A DNA stretch of 64,000 nucleotides from a virus, in IMG/VR virus record IMGVR_UViG_3300045988_091501, positions 32,001-96,000 of that record. One strand, written 5' to 3'. Below the pieces are notes generated by a model that saw only the letters and a list, made by a program, of their open reading frames with translations, searched no databases and was not told where the DNA came from. This document shows positions 17,801-27,271 of the stretch, one piece after another. Within the stretch, counting starts at the first letter, position 1. Every line of letters begins with the position of its first letter. The position numbers were made by a program, and so were the translations under genes.

Positions 17801-19042
17801 AAAGCTACAAACAAAGCTACCAAAGCCGTTAAAGAACAGAAATCTGCCACAGAGACTTTAAAGGATAAATACAAGACAGTAATCGACTTTATCATAAAAC
17901 AATATGACAAACAGATTGATAAGATAAAAGAAGCTAAAGATGCCGCAATTAAATCTGTAGAATCCCAAATCAAGGCTCTTGAAAAGGAGAAGGATTCTAA
18001 GGTCAAGGCTATTGATGCTGAGATTACTGCTTTGCAACGTGAGCGTGATGCAAGAGAAAAGTATTGGCAAGACCAACTTGACAAACTTGAAAAAGAAAAT
18101 GATGAACGTGAACGGAACATTGCTTTACAAGAGAAACAACAAGCATTAGCATTAGCCCAACAAACTAATGTCATGGTGCTTAAAGATGGTCAATTTCAAT
18201 ATACACAAGATGAAAGTGCTGTTGCTGGTGCTGAACAAGATTTAGCACAACAAGAAGACCAAAATGAATATGAACGTCAAAAAGAACTCATTGAAGAACT
18301 TAGAGATACAGAACTTGAATGGTATGATGAGCGTATTCAATCCTTAGAAGATTATAAAGATCAAGTTGAAGAGTATTATGAGAATCAGATTGAGCAACTT
18401 GAAGAATACAAAGAATATCTTGAAGAATATTATGAAGCTCAAATTGAAGCATTAAAAGCCGAAAAAGATGCTGTCAACGAAACACTTGAAGAAGGTGTGG
18501 CTAACCAACAAGAATATTGGGATAAGATGAAGGAGCAGTTACAATCTTTTGTCGAAGAATGGAACGCTTTAGTTGGTGGAATGACATTCCCTAATATAAG
18601 TGGAAGTGGTATTAGTTTAAGTGCTGTCGGTGGTAAGATTTCTGCTTCAATGAACGGTAAATCCACAGGTGATAACAAAGTATCCGCTTATGCAAGTGGT
18701 AAAGGTTCAATCGGTGATTCTGAAATTGCTGTTGTAGGAGAAAATCCTAAGTATCGTGAACTTGTAATCGGTTCTAAGCTGAACAATGACCAAGGTGTTG
18801 TAATGAATTTGAAACGTGGTAGCGGTGTTGTTAATGCTGGTACAACAAACACACTTGCTAGTATATTCAATTCATTAAACGGTCAAAAGTCAGTTGGTCA
18901 ACCTGTAAGCAATAGTAATCAATCTATGAGTATTCAGATAGGCTCAATTAATTTACCAGAAGTAAAAGATGGTCAAGGATTTATTGATTATTTACAGAAC
19001 TTTAGTGCAGATATTACACAACAATCATTTAGAAGAGCATAG
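14801..19042 (+). CDS. tail tape measure protein
   Basis: 1413 aa. TP901-type TMP core (ITDLRKVSDLEG...MVQNATIFKQAGYS...KLNAVSNNYSVSNSDLAIGLTKSAAALQTLG). Central hydrophobic segments and long E/K/Q coiled coils. Confidence 0.9.
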   Translation: MALQDFTLNLKANADALDQSIKKVTDRTYTVKLKPDGSSIRTLTQDVTSADGKLQGLVKTMTKFDAQGRELNTTITQSAKYVKTWGQEFSDSFGKVLRFGTITAIIGAFTKAMYEAVDVVKEFDDAITDLRKVSDLEGQALDDYTKKLGELGETVARTRVEMVQNATIFKQAGYSDDDAATLARVAALYQNVADSEVSAQEAGQFVVSQLKAYGLAASDAASIVDKLNAVSNNYSVSNSDLAIGLTKSAAALQTLGNTQDEVMGLLTAGTEQLTGQASKVGKGLQTIGINIAQVATEAGELSYEVGNTTKTISLLDEATGDMRSTFDVLSDIVKDWNSMTDAQQTAISNALAGKTRFDVFAAVMTRFDDAISATTTSMKSFGSAEEENAKYMESMSAKIALLKQQFQELVLGDGGLEKVGKIFLDLGINTLKLVNDLGGLKTVLVALVGVIATIKADSVLNGLTKITNIIPNLIANVGKLGTVFNLIVSSQIDEALSGGAIQAMSLSQALQAAGVSASVAQIAIGGLFAVLTAGIAIYSRLKQEQEQATQNAIDSANSFKSYSDTLGNTLSKIQSESTTKSQLLEINKSLNDSYDNESEKLKDINDLRAENVELLHQEAVARAEQTQHEIGAEATKQRRYLQSSNIGQESDYERVEGLTGTPEERLKKATGSLKEFEANQENLSNAELRRYSALSSYYNKLSADVENAKNVVETYDEAQKIANSSTDEWSKTVQENSAELENQGSQVQFTDEEIQQYADDMGISFEEAKDQLKSFNGGIDDTATDIDKLAKSIGVSVDELQNFADTMGLSIDSAAEILPRFNEWNEAVDDIQSSYEVLTQAVEEYNEQGGYTTDTLQQLLALDPAYLAALQEENGQLTINTQMLMTKVQAQAEEAKQIIYNTAIEKLNAVASGEAGNATETAGQQHNNAVAGIDAETGSLNENTKAKLANAVAEARGRGGGASEGEINKILSEMTNQLKAVDNWANTTAKNFSKGMGKAAKATNKATKAVKEQKSATETLKDKYKTVIDFIIKQYDKQIDKIKEAKDAAIKSVESQIKALEKEKDSKVKAIDAEITALQRERDAREKYWQDQLDKLEKENDERERNIALQEKQQALALAQQTNVMVLKDGQFQYTQDESAVAGAEQDLAQQEDQNEYERQKELIEELRDTELEWYDERIQSLEDYKDQVEEYYENQIEQLEEYKEYLEEYYEAQIEALKAEKDAVNETLEEGVANQQEYWDKMKEQLQSFVEEWNALVGGMTFPNISGSGISLSAVGGKISASMNGKSTGDNKVSAYASGKGSIGDSEIAVVGENPKYRELVIGSKLNNDQGVVMNLKRGSGVVNAGTTNTLASIFNSLNGQKSVGQPVSNSNQSMSIQIGSINLPEVKDGQGFIDYLQNFSADITQQSFRRA

Positions 19043-19048
19043 ATTTTG

Positions 19049-19076
19049 AGGGGTTGAAACATACCCCTTGTACATA
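19049..19076 (+). promoter_or_regulatory. hairpin + GTACATA element
   Basis: AGGGGT-tgaaacat-ACCCCT, then T, then GTACATA (19070-19076). ATG 19094 lies 24 nt from the G. Confidence 0.45.
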
Positions 19077-19093
19077 TTAAGGAGGGCATTTGT

Positions 19094-19558
19094 ATGTCTA
19101 TGGAAAAAGATAAAATTGCCTATGAGCAGTTATTACAAGGTATTCAATCATATGTCAATAAATGCCTTGAAGAAAGTAACCGAGATATTACAACAACAGG
19201 TAAGATTGTAGAGGTTGTTGAAGATGGTGGTTACACAGTTGAAATAAATGGAGTACAGTATTCAGATATTGATACAATAGGTGGAGAATGTACTTTAAAT
19301 GAAATGGTCAAAGTAGTTATACCACAAGGTCAATATAACAATATGTTTATATTAAAAGGTGGTAGCGGTAGTAGTGGAAGTGTTACTCCAACTCCTAGTG
19401 TAAGTAGAGTATCAAGCGTAAATGGTAAAACGGGCGATGTTACACTTAATTATAATGACGTTGGAGCATTACCAAACAGCTATAAAACTAAACTAGACTT
19501 ATGGGATTTAATAGTTAATACTGATGGTAGTTTGACTTTACAATATAATGGAGGTTGA
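19094..19558 (+). CDS. small tail-fibre-associated protein
   Basis: 154 aa. Contains GGSGSSGS and SVNGKTGDVTLNYNDVGALP, a motif common in phage fibre proteins. Confidence 0.65.
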   Translation: MSMEKDKIAYEQLLQGIQSYVNKCLEESNRDITTTGKIVEVVEDGGYTVEINGVQYSDIDTIGGECTLNEMVKVVIPQGQYNNMFILKGGSGSSGSVTPTPSVSRVSSVNGKTGDVTLNYNDVGALPNSYKTKLDLWDLIVNTDGSLTLQYNGG

Positions 19559-19560
19559 CA

Positions 19561-22500
19561 ATGGCTCAAATTATTGACTTATTGAAAAATACAAGTTTTG
19601 AAGATAAAATGGACTTATTAATTAAAGCTATTTTAAAAGGAGAAAATTGGGATTATACCAAATTAGATAATAAACCTAGTATCAATGGTAATACACTTGA
19701 AGGAAATAAAACTAATGCGCAATTAGGTATTCCTACTAAAACAAGTGACTTAACTAACGATAGTTGGTTTGTATCAGATAAAAATTATGTTCATACAGAT
19801 AATAATTATACAGATTTAGACAAAATAAGTGTTTCATTGGTTAAAGATAAAGTTGACAAAATAGATGGTAAAGGTCTGTCTACAAATGACCTTACAGATG
19901 AGTTAAAAGCTGATTATGATGATGCCGTATTACAAGCTCACACACATAGCAATAAAACTATTTTAGATAATACTACTGCTAGTTATATAACAGAAGAAAA
20001 AACAAAGTTAAGTGGTATTGAGAACAATGCACAAAAGAACACTGTAATAGGTGTTAAAGGTGAAGTTGAAACCGATTATAGAGTTGGCAATGTAAATATC
20101 ACAAAGAAAAACATAGGTCTTGGAAATGTTGCCAATGAACGTCAATGGTCTGCAACTAATCACCCTACTACAATGAGCGGTTATGGTATCACTGATGGAG
20201 CAAGTATCACAGATTATAATACATTAAAAGGTCGTGTAGGTACTAATGAAGATAACATTGCTATGTTAGATAGTGATGTCGAAGGTCTAACTACAGATGT
20301 AGACACGTTGAAAACTGATATGACTACTGTTAAAGGTGCTGTAACTACAATTCAAGGTAATTATGTACCTAAGACAAGAAAGGTTAATGGGAAGGCTTTA
20401 AGTGCTGATATTACATTAGTGGCAAGTGATGTTAAAGCAATTCCTACAAGTCAAAAAGGTACGGCTAATGGTGTTGCTGAATTAGATGCAAATGGACTTG
20501 TGCTTAGTTCTCAACTTCCAAGCTATGTCGATGACGTACTTGAATATGATACAAAGACAGATTTCCCCACAAATGGCGAAAGCGGAAAGATTTATATAGC
20601 AACTGACACAAATTTACAATATAGATGGACTGGAACACAATATGTTGAAATTAGTTCTAGCCTTGCTTTAGGTGAAACAAGTTCAACTGCTTATCGTGGC
20701 GATAGGGGTAAAATAGCTTATGACCATAGCCAAAAAACAAGTGGAAACCCACATAAGGTTACGAAAGGTGATGTGGGATTAAGTAATGTTCCTAATGTTA
20801 CTACAAATGACCAAGCTCCAACTTTTACAGAATCGACAACTTTAACAAAACTTACAAGTGGCGAAAAATTGTCTGTAGCTTTTGGTAAAATTTCTAAAGC
20901 CATTACAGATTTAATCAATCATATTGCGAATAAAAATAATCCACATAAAGTAACTAAAACACAAGTAGGATTAGGTAGCGTAGGCAACTTTAAAGCAGTA
21001 TCTACAGTTGCTTCACAAGGATTAACCGACACAGAGAAAGCCAATGCTAGAACAAATATAGGAGCTGGAACAAGTAATTTTAGTGGTTCTTATGATAATC
21101 TTACAAACAAGCCAACTACTTTTCCTCCTTCAGAACATAATCATGATGACAGGTATTATACTGAATCTGAAATAGATGAAAAATTAAATGCTAAAGTAGA
21201 TAACTCTGCTACTGGTGCTGACTTATTGTTGTCAAAAATTACGAATAGTTGGACTAATACGATTACAGATAACACATATTTTATTAGACAACATATTGAT
21301 GGAGCAAATAAATTTGGCAGAGTTAAATTTTCTGAGTTATGGACATATATAAAAGGAAAACTTGCTAGTGTTGCTACTAGCGGATCTTATAATGATCTAT
21401 CTGACAAACCAACTTTCTTAGCTGGTGGTTCACAAACAACAACATCAACCGCTGACAGTGGAAGTAATGTATTTACTTTTACAAAATCAGATGGAACAAA
21501 TGCAACTTTTACAGTTAAGAACGGTAGCAAAGGTTCAACTGGCGCAAATGGTACTTCTGCTGGTTTTGGAACTCCTACCGCTAGTATAGATGACAATATA
21601 GGCACTCCAAGTGTAACAGTTACAGCTACGGGAACAAATACAGCTAAAGTGTTCAATTTTTCATTTAAGAACCTTAAAGGTGCAAATGGTAACGATGGTA
21701 CGAATGGCAAAGATGGTAAAGGAATTTCTTCTTACGCCATTACATATCAAGCATCTTCAAGTGGTACAACGATTCCAACTGGGACATGGATCACTTCAGT
21801 ACCTACTGTAAGTGCAGGACAATATTTATGGACAAGAACAATTTTAACATATACAGATGACACTACAAGCACCTCTTATTCTGTTGGCAGAAATGGAACG
21901 AATGGTTCTAATGGTACAAGTGCGGGATTTGGCACACCGACTGCTACTGTTGATGCTAATGTTGGAACTCCAAGTGTAACAGTAACCGCAAGTGGTTCTA
22001 ATACTGCTAAAGTATTTAACTTTGCTTTCAAGAATCTTAAAGGAAACACAGGTGCAACGGGTACTAGAGGTTCAGTAATTAATTATGGAACGGCTATTAC
22101 GGGAACTTCAACAACTGCTACTGTATTTTCGGGTTCTGGGTTGTCATCTTCTTTAGTTAATGATATGTATATTAATACTTCTACATTTTATTTATATAGA
22201 TGTACTGTTGCTGGAAATGCGGCTAATGCTAAATGGGTGTATGTAGGAAGTATTAAAGGTGAAAAAGGTGCAAATGGTGTAACACCAACAATTAAAGCCG
22301 CCGCTGGTGCAAACATAGGTGCGGTTGGTACTCCAAGTGTTACCGCAAGCACAAGTGGTACTACTACTACTTTTACTTTTAATAATCTCAAAGGTGAAAA
22401 GGGTACAAATGCAACTACTACCGCAACTGGTACTGCAACTACTGCTGGATTAACAAAACTTTACACAGGCACAGGCACGGCAACTGATGGAACTATGACA

Positions 22501-23256
22501 CAATCAGCAATAAGCAATAAATTAAATAATAAAGCGCAAAGTGTTGTATTGACACCAGACTCTAATCTAAATAGTATTACAACACCCGGATTTTATAGTT
22601 GTGGTGGTGGAAATTCAATATCTAATAAACCATCTGGTGTAGATGCTATAGGACTTATTGTTGTTCATAACGCAAGTGGGTCATATTATACACAGATTTT
22701 AACAAATTCGACTGACTTAAACACTTATAGACGAATGTGCCATAATGGCACTTGGAGCAATTGGACACAGGACATATATACCGATACAAACACTTGGAAA
22801 GCTAATAGTTTATCATCTGAGGGATATGTTGCTAAAGGATCTGGTCAAGCAAATAAAGTTTGGAAAACTGATGCTAATGGCAACCCTGCGTGGAGAAATG
22901 ATGATAATACAACTTATAAAGATGCTACAACTTCTGCTCATGGCTTGATGACTGCTACTATGGTGACGAAGCTTAATGGCATCGCCGAAGGAGCTAATAA
23001 GACTACTGTAGATTCTACATTAGATAGTACATCTACAAATCCAGTTCAAAACAAAGTTATCCATCATGCTTTAAATAATAAACTTTCAACAGATGGAACA
23101 GCGGTTAAAGCAACAGCAGATGCAAATGGTAATACTATAACAACTTCTTATGCAAGCACCATAGAAATTAATGGTAGTAAATTAATATTAAAATCAAAGA
23201 GTGGAGCAACATTAAAGACTATAACATTACCAAGCTCACAACCTACATGGAGTTAA
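19561..23256 (+). CDS. long tail fibre protein with internal repeats
   Basis: ATG 19561 lies 7 nt after GGAGG (the track start at 19555 is TTG). The motif NPHKVTK-x-x-VGL occurs twice. Also GVAELDANGLVLSSQLPSYVDDVLEY...GESGKIYIATDTN-LQYRWTG-QYVEIS. A ~45-aa unit is repeated three times. Confidence 0.85.
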   Translation: MAQIIDLLKNTSFEDKMDLLIKAILKGENWDYTKLDNKPSINGNTLEGNKTNAQLGIPTKTSDLTNDSWFVSDKNYVHTDNNYTDLDKISVSLVKDKVDKIDGKGLSTNDLTDELKADYDDAVLQAHTHSNKTILDNTTASYITEEKTKLSGIENNAQKNTVIGVKGEVETDYRVGNVNITKKNIGLGNVANERQWSATNHPTTMSGYGITDGASITDYNTLKGRVGTNEDNIAMLDSDVEGLTTDVDTLKTDMTTVKGAVTTIQGNYVPKTRKVNGKALSADITLVASDVKAIPTSQKGTANGVAELDANGLVLSSQLPSYVDDVLEYDTKTDFPTNGESGKIYIATDTNLQYRWTGTQYVEISSSLALGETSSTAYRGDRGKIAYDHSQKTSGNPHKVTKGDVGLSNVPNVTTNDQAPTFTESTTLTKLTSGEKLSVAFGKISKAITDLINHIANKNNPHKVTKTQVGLGSVGNFKAVSTVASQGLTDTEKANARTNIGAGTSNFSGSYDNLTNKPTTFPPSEHNHDDRYYTESEIDEKLNAKVDNSATGADLLLSKITNSWTNTITDNTYFIRQHIDGANKFGRVKFSELWTYIKGKLASVATSGSYNDLSDKPTFLAGGSQTTTSTADSGSNVFTFTKSDGTNATFTVKNGSKGSTGANGTSAGFGTPTASIDDNIGTPSVTVTATGTNTAKVFNFSFKNLKGANGNDGTNGKDGKGISSYAITYQASSSGTTIPTGTWITSVPTVSAGQYLWTRTILTYTDDTTSTSYSVGRNGTNGSNGTSAGFGTPTATVDANVGTPSVTVTASGSNTAKVFNFAFKNLKGNTGATGTRGSVINYGTAITGTSTTATVFSGSGLSSSLVNDMYINTSTFYLYRCTVAGNAANAKWVYVGSIKGEKGANGVTPTIKAAAGANIGAVGTPSVTASTSGTTTTFTFNNLKGEKGTNATTTATGTATTAGLTKLYTGTGTATDGTMTQSAISNKLNNKAQSVVLTPDSNLNSITTPGFYSCGGGNSISNKPSGVDAIGLIVVHNASGSYYTQILTNSTDLNTYRRMCHNGTWSNWTQDIYTDTNTWKANSLSSEGYVAKGSGQANKVWKTDANGNPAWRNDDNTTYKDATTSAHGLMTATMVTKLNGIAEGANKTTVDSTLDSTSTNPVQNKVIHHALNNKLSTDGTAVKATADANGNTITTSYASTIEINGSKLILKSKSGATLKTITLPSSQPTWS
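21547..22405 (+). repeat. three diverged tandem copies of a ~45-codon unit inside the tail fibre gene
   Basis: GTSAGFGTPTASIDDNIGTPSVTVTATGTNTAKVFNFSFKNLKGANG / GTSAGFGTPTATVDANVGTPSVTVTASGSNTAKVFNFAFKNLKGNTG / ...GANIGAVGTPSVTASTSGTTTTFTFNNLKGEKG. The similarity is also visible at DNA level (ggaactccaagtgtaacagt). Confidence 0.8.
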
Positions 23257-23273
23257 TAAAGGAGGAAAATTAA

Positions 23274-25421
23274 ATGGCATTAGTTAAACCTATTGCACAA
23301 AGCATATCAGCATTTGACGCAACACAAGATAAGACATTTAGTTTTACCTCTAGTGGCGGTAGCCAAGTTGTTGCCAATAGGATTACAATTAGACTACAAT
23401 CCGATAATAGTGTGGTCTATCAAAATAAAGTAACATCTTATCGGTTTGAACAAACTGTGCCTAGTGGTACTTTAAAGAACGATAATTATTATAATTTCTA
23501 TTTCAATACATTCGATATAGATGACAATATGAGTGATGATAGTAATGTAATTCAGTTTTATTGTTACAGTGAACCTACGTTTAGTTTCACAAATTTGCCA
23601 TTGAATAATTTAGTTGAAAATAGTAGTTATACATTTAATGTAGCTTACAATCAAACAGAGGGTGAACTACTTAATTATGTCAAGTTTTATCTATATGACA
23701 GTTTAGGACAGACAGTTGATGAAAGCGATTTTTATTATGGTCGTGTTCAAATGCCTATTTACTTTTCACATACATTTGGCGGATTCGACAATACCGCAAA
23801 TTATGAAGTAGAAGCTATTGCTACAACAGTAAATGGTATGACTGTTTCTACAGGTAAATATGCGTTTAATGTAAGATACTATCACCCTCAATTATTTAAT
23901 CTATTAGACCTAGAGAATAATTGTGCAAAAGGGTATGTAAATATCAAAAGTAATATAAATGTTGCTGATGGTGAAGTACCACCAGAATTTGATCCACCTA
24001 CATATCTTGATTCATTAGCGGCCTCAAATCCACAAGATTATGTGCATTGGGATATACCATTCACTTATGAAGAAGGTCAAGAAATAAGTCTATGGGTTAC
24101 GCCTAGTGCTTTAGACGTTCACCAATATGGTAACTGGGTAAAATGGTCTAAAGGATTTCGTATTAAGCAAAATTTCACATTTACTGCATTTATGAAAGCT
24201 GGTCGGTTTGGTGAGTTTGCTTTAATTGGAACTAGGCAAAATGGATTTATACTTAGCCTAGTTAGAGAAATTCCTTACACTGAAACGGAAGTAAAGGACA
24301 AGATTGTAGTTGATGGATATGTTAATGGTGTAAGAAAAGTTCATCAAGAATCTAATACCGTTGATATGTTAAATCAAAAGTCAAAGTATATGGTATGGTT
24401 TAGAAAGAGTGAAAATTACTACGATGTAAGACTTGAAGTTCTAAGTCGCGGTACTGATACTTTGGCTTGGGATATAAAAGATATTGAGTTTGAACGTCTT
24501 ACTGATAAATGGTATGTTGGTGAAGATTATGCAATGGGTGAAGAATTTGTTACACAAGCTGATGATATGTCTAGTATATTCCCATTGTTTAACTTGATGC
24601 TATGGAATGGCATATATGACTTTATGGATATTACTGGAAATGTATCAAGGAATTTCGACACAAATCAAAACCCTTATGATTATGATACATTTATACAATG
24701 TAATTTTAATGGTAATATAAGTGGGAGTAATGCGAATGTGCTGTTGTCCCAATTAAGATATGTTCGTATCAAGCGTAGAAAGAAAGGCACGTTTAAGTGG
24801 GTAACATTAAAGCAGTATGAAATTACTTCTGCCGAAGACTTAGAATCTATCTTAATGCAAGATTATTTTGTACCTACAGATTATGATGCTGAATATGCTA
24901 TTGTTCCTGTATTAGATGGTGATGTTGAAGGTGACTATGCTATCAATGGTATTAAGACAAAGTTTACTAATGTAACCATAGCAGACGCAAATACGGCATT
25001 TAGTTTTAGAGGTAACATAATATACAATGGTGATACTAAGAACGCTCCTATGGCTACATACACGCCTTTAAAGGGCAAGTATGCTATCATAGAGAAGAAC
25101 AGTGAACTTGATTATTGGAGTGGTTCAATTACATTAACAGTATTAGGATATAATTTTGACAAAACAAAGAGAATAGATAGAGCAGATGTTGTAAGAGAAA
25201 CAAATGATTTATGCGAGTTCTTGAATAATACAACTGCTAAGATTATAAAGGATTGGAATGGAAATATTCGTCTAGTGCGATTCACAGGTAGTCCACAAGT
25301 GGCATACGCTAATCTATATGGCAATGGTATTGCTTATGTAACTGCTACTTGGGTTGAGCAAGGTGGATATGACAATCAATACGATTTATACGCAAATGGT
25401 CTAGTAGACTTAGAACAATAG
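23274..25421 (+). CDS. tail-tip/baseplate structural protein (distal-tail-like position)
   Basis: AAAGGAGG SD. 715 aa. No enzymatic motif. Assigned by position and size. Confidence 0.55.
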   Translation: MALVKPIAQSISAFDATQDKTFSFTSSGGSQVVANRITIRLQSDNSVVYQNKVTSYRFEQTVPSGTLKNDNYYNFYFNTFDIDDNMSDDSNVIQFYCYSEPTFSFTNLPLNNLVENSSYTFNVAYNQTEGELLNYVKFYLYDSLGQTVDESDFYYGRVQMPIYFSHTFGGFDNTANYEVEAIATTVNGMTVSTGKYAFNVRYYHPQLFNLLDLENNCAKGYVNIKSNINVADGEVPPEFDPPTYLDSLAASNPQDYVHWDIPFTYEEGQEISLWVTPSALDVHQYGNWVKWSKGFRIKQNFTFTAFMKAGRFGEFALIGTRQNGFILSLVREIPYTETEVKDKIVVDGYVNGVRKVHQESNTVDMLNQKSKYMVWFRKSENYYDVRLEVLSRGTDTLAWDIKDIEFERLTDKWYVGEDYAMGEEFVTQADDMSSIFPLFNLMLWNGIYDFMDITGNVSRNFDTNQNPYDYDTFIQCNFNGNISGSNANVLLSQLRYVRIKRRKKGTFKWVTLKQYEITSAEDLESILMQDYFVPTDYDAEYAIVPVLDGDVEGDYAINGIKTKFTNVTIADANTAFSFRGNIIYNGDTKNAPMATYTPLKGKYAIIEKNSELDYWSGSITLTVLGYNFDKTKRIDRADVVRETNDLCEFLNNTTAKIIKDWNGNIRLVRFTGSPQVAYANLYGNGIAYVTATWVEQGGYDNQYDLYANGLVDLEQ

Positions 25422-25433
25422 AAAGGAGAAAAT

Positions 25434-27170
25434 ATGCCTACACAAGCAGAATATAATTTGGCTAAACAAAGGCTACGGGTTAAATATTTTAAGATAAATT
25501 TGCTTAATTATCAATTTCAAAATGTTGGTGAATTAACAGGTGATACGATTGAAACACCAAGTTTTACTATTGATGCAAATTCAGATATTCGTAGAACTTG
25601 TAGTATAGTATTTACTCCTAGAGATAGTTCTTTCGACATTAGGCAAGGAAACAAAATTTGGCTTGATAAATATGTTCAAGTATTTGTCGGTCAAAAAGAT
25701 ATGAGAACAAATAAGATAGAATATACTAATATGGGGATTTATTTAATAAATAATCCCCAACGTGTATATTCTGCAACAGATAACACTTTAACAATTCAAG
25801 GTGTTGACTTAATGGCTAGAATGACAGGTTTAAGAAATGGCAACTTGCAAGGAATACCATACTTAGTACCTCAAGGCTCAAATGTTCGTGTTGCAATTAT
25901 AGCTTGTCTTGAAATAGCTGGGTTTACAAAATATGTCGTTGACGAATGTGAAATTGATACACCTAATGATATTAAAATTGATGTAGGTGGGACAATTTAT
26001 CAGATATTGACAAAATTAAGGGATATACTACCGAATTATCAGATGTATTTTGATGTAGACGGAGTATTCCATTACAACAAAATCCCTAGTGGTAAGAATG
26101 AGCAAGTTATGGTTGATGATGATATATGGAATGTGAATGTGGTCAACTATCAAAAAGCAACTAGCTTTGAAACGTTAAAGAACTCTATTGAGGTGTTTGG
26201 CAAGACGCATGATATTAAGAATTATGGCGGTCAAGCAACTATTGATGGAGATACATATAAAATTTCTATAGCTGGGGTTAAGAAGTTAAGGAAAAATACA
26301 AAGATAGGTTTTAATACAAATGTTGACTTAGGACAGACCAAGAAATTATCAGTGACAACAACTAAGACTAAGGTAAATAGTTCTACAGGCGAGGTTACAA
26401 CAGAAACAACAACTGAAACTTATTCTATTAGAACTGAAAAGGGTGTTGTACCGACATTTAAAAATGAAGATACTTATTATGTTGTTAAGTTTGTGTTCGG
26501 TACTGACCATTGGGAATTTACAAATGTTCAACAAGTAGAGAATCCTGTTGTTGCCGTTATCAGTGATGATGTCTATATTATCAATGATGCAAGTATATCA
26601 CAATTAACAGATGGTATGACATATACATTTAGGACTCCAAAGACAGGGTGTGAGAATGTATACTTACCTTATTTCAGAATTAACAATTTAAAGAAGTTAG
26701 AGATCAAAAACACTGTCAAGTTAAGGAATGATACAACTTATACATTGAAATATTTTGAAGCAAGTGAATATGACCAAGAGAAATATTTTCAATTTATGGG
26801 TGAGGTAACTCCATATGCTCAAATTAAAGAAGAAAATCCTGATAGTCCATATTATGTTGGTGGGTCTGTTGGGGAGATTCGGCAAGTGTTACAAGGTGGA
26901 GATTATGATAATATCTACACAAGTGACTTGGCTATGGAAAGGGCGAAATATGAGTTATATAGGTTATGTAGATTACAAGACAGCGTAACAATAAATACCA
27001 TTCCTATTTACTGGTTAGATGTAAATTGGTTAATAGAGATTACTTTACCCAATAAATATGGAATAGAAGAAAAAGAGTTATACATGATTAAATCTATTAA
27101 CATAGGGAATGGACTAGGAGCTACTCAAAGTATTACTGCTTCAAAATATTATCCATTTTATGATGAGTAA
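25434..27170 (+). CDS. tail-associated/baseplate hub-like structural protein
   Basis: 578 aa. The N-terminal region (KYFKINLLNYQFQNVGELTG...SFTIDANSDIRRTCSIVFTP) resembles the N termini of siphovirus Tal / prophage-tail proteins. Confidence 0.5.
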   Translation: MPTQAEYNLAKQRLRVKYFKINLLNYQFQNVGELTGDTIETPSFTIDANSDIRRTCSIVFTPRDSSFDIRQGNKIWLDKYVQVFVGQKDMRTNKIEYTNMGIYLINNPQRVYSATDNTLTIQGVDLMARMTGLRNGNLQGIPYLVPQGSNVRVAIIACLEIAGFTKYVVDECEIDTPNDIKIDVGGTIYQILTKLRDILPNYQMYFDVDGVFHYNKIPSGKNEQVMVDDDIWNVNVVNYQKATSFETLKNSIEVFGKTHDIKNYGGQATIDGDTYKISIAGVKKLRKNTKIGFNTNVDLGQTKKLSVTTTKTKVNSSTGEVTTETTTETYSIRTEKGVVPTFKNEDTYYVVKFVFGTDHWEFTNVQQVENPVVAVISDDVYIINDASISQLTDGMTYTFRTPKTGCENVYLPYFRINNLKKLEIKNTVKLRNDTTYTLKYFEASEYDQEKYFQFMGEVTPYAQIKEENPDSPYYVGGSVGEIRQVLQGGDYDNIYTSDLAMERAKYELYRLCRLQDSVTINTIPIYWLDVNWLIEITLPNKYGIEEKELYMIKSINIGNGLGATQSITASKYYPFYDE

Positions 27171-27271
27171 TTATATATAGTAAAAGGACAGTGGGTTGCA
27201 AACTATTTTCTAATGACCTTATTAGAATTACTTTTACTATATCTATATCTATAAAAGGAAAGGGCTGTACA

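Noticed and set aside
16018-18870. Minus-strand ORFs of 60-148 aa listed inside the tape measure gene. Similar antisense or alternate-frame ORFs occur inside other long genes, for example 247-438, 6025-6291, 7324-7557, 12299-12904, 14313-14714, 20718-22391, 39295-40608, 44962-46606, 57018-57404 and 60522-61169.
   Set aside because: They lie entirely within much longer, motif-supported genes. They have odd, low-complexity or Cys/Ser/Leu-rich translations and lack convincing SD sequences. They are typical shadow ORFs.
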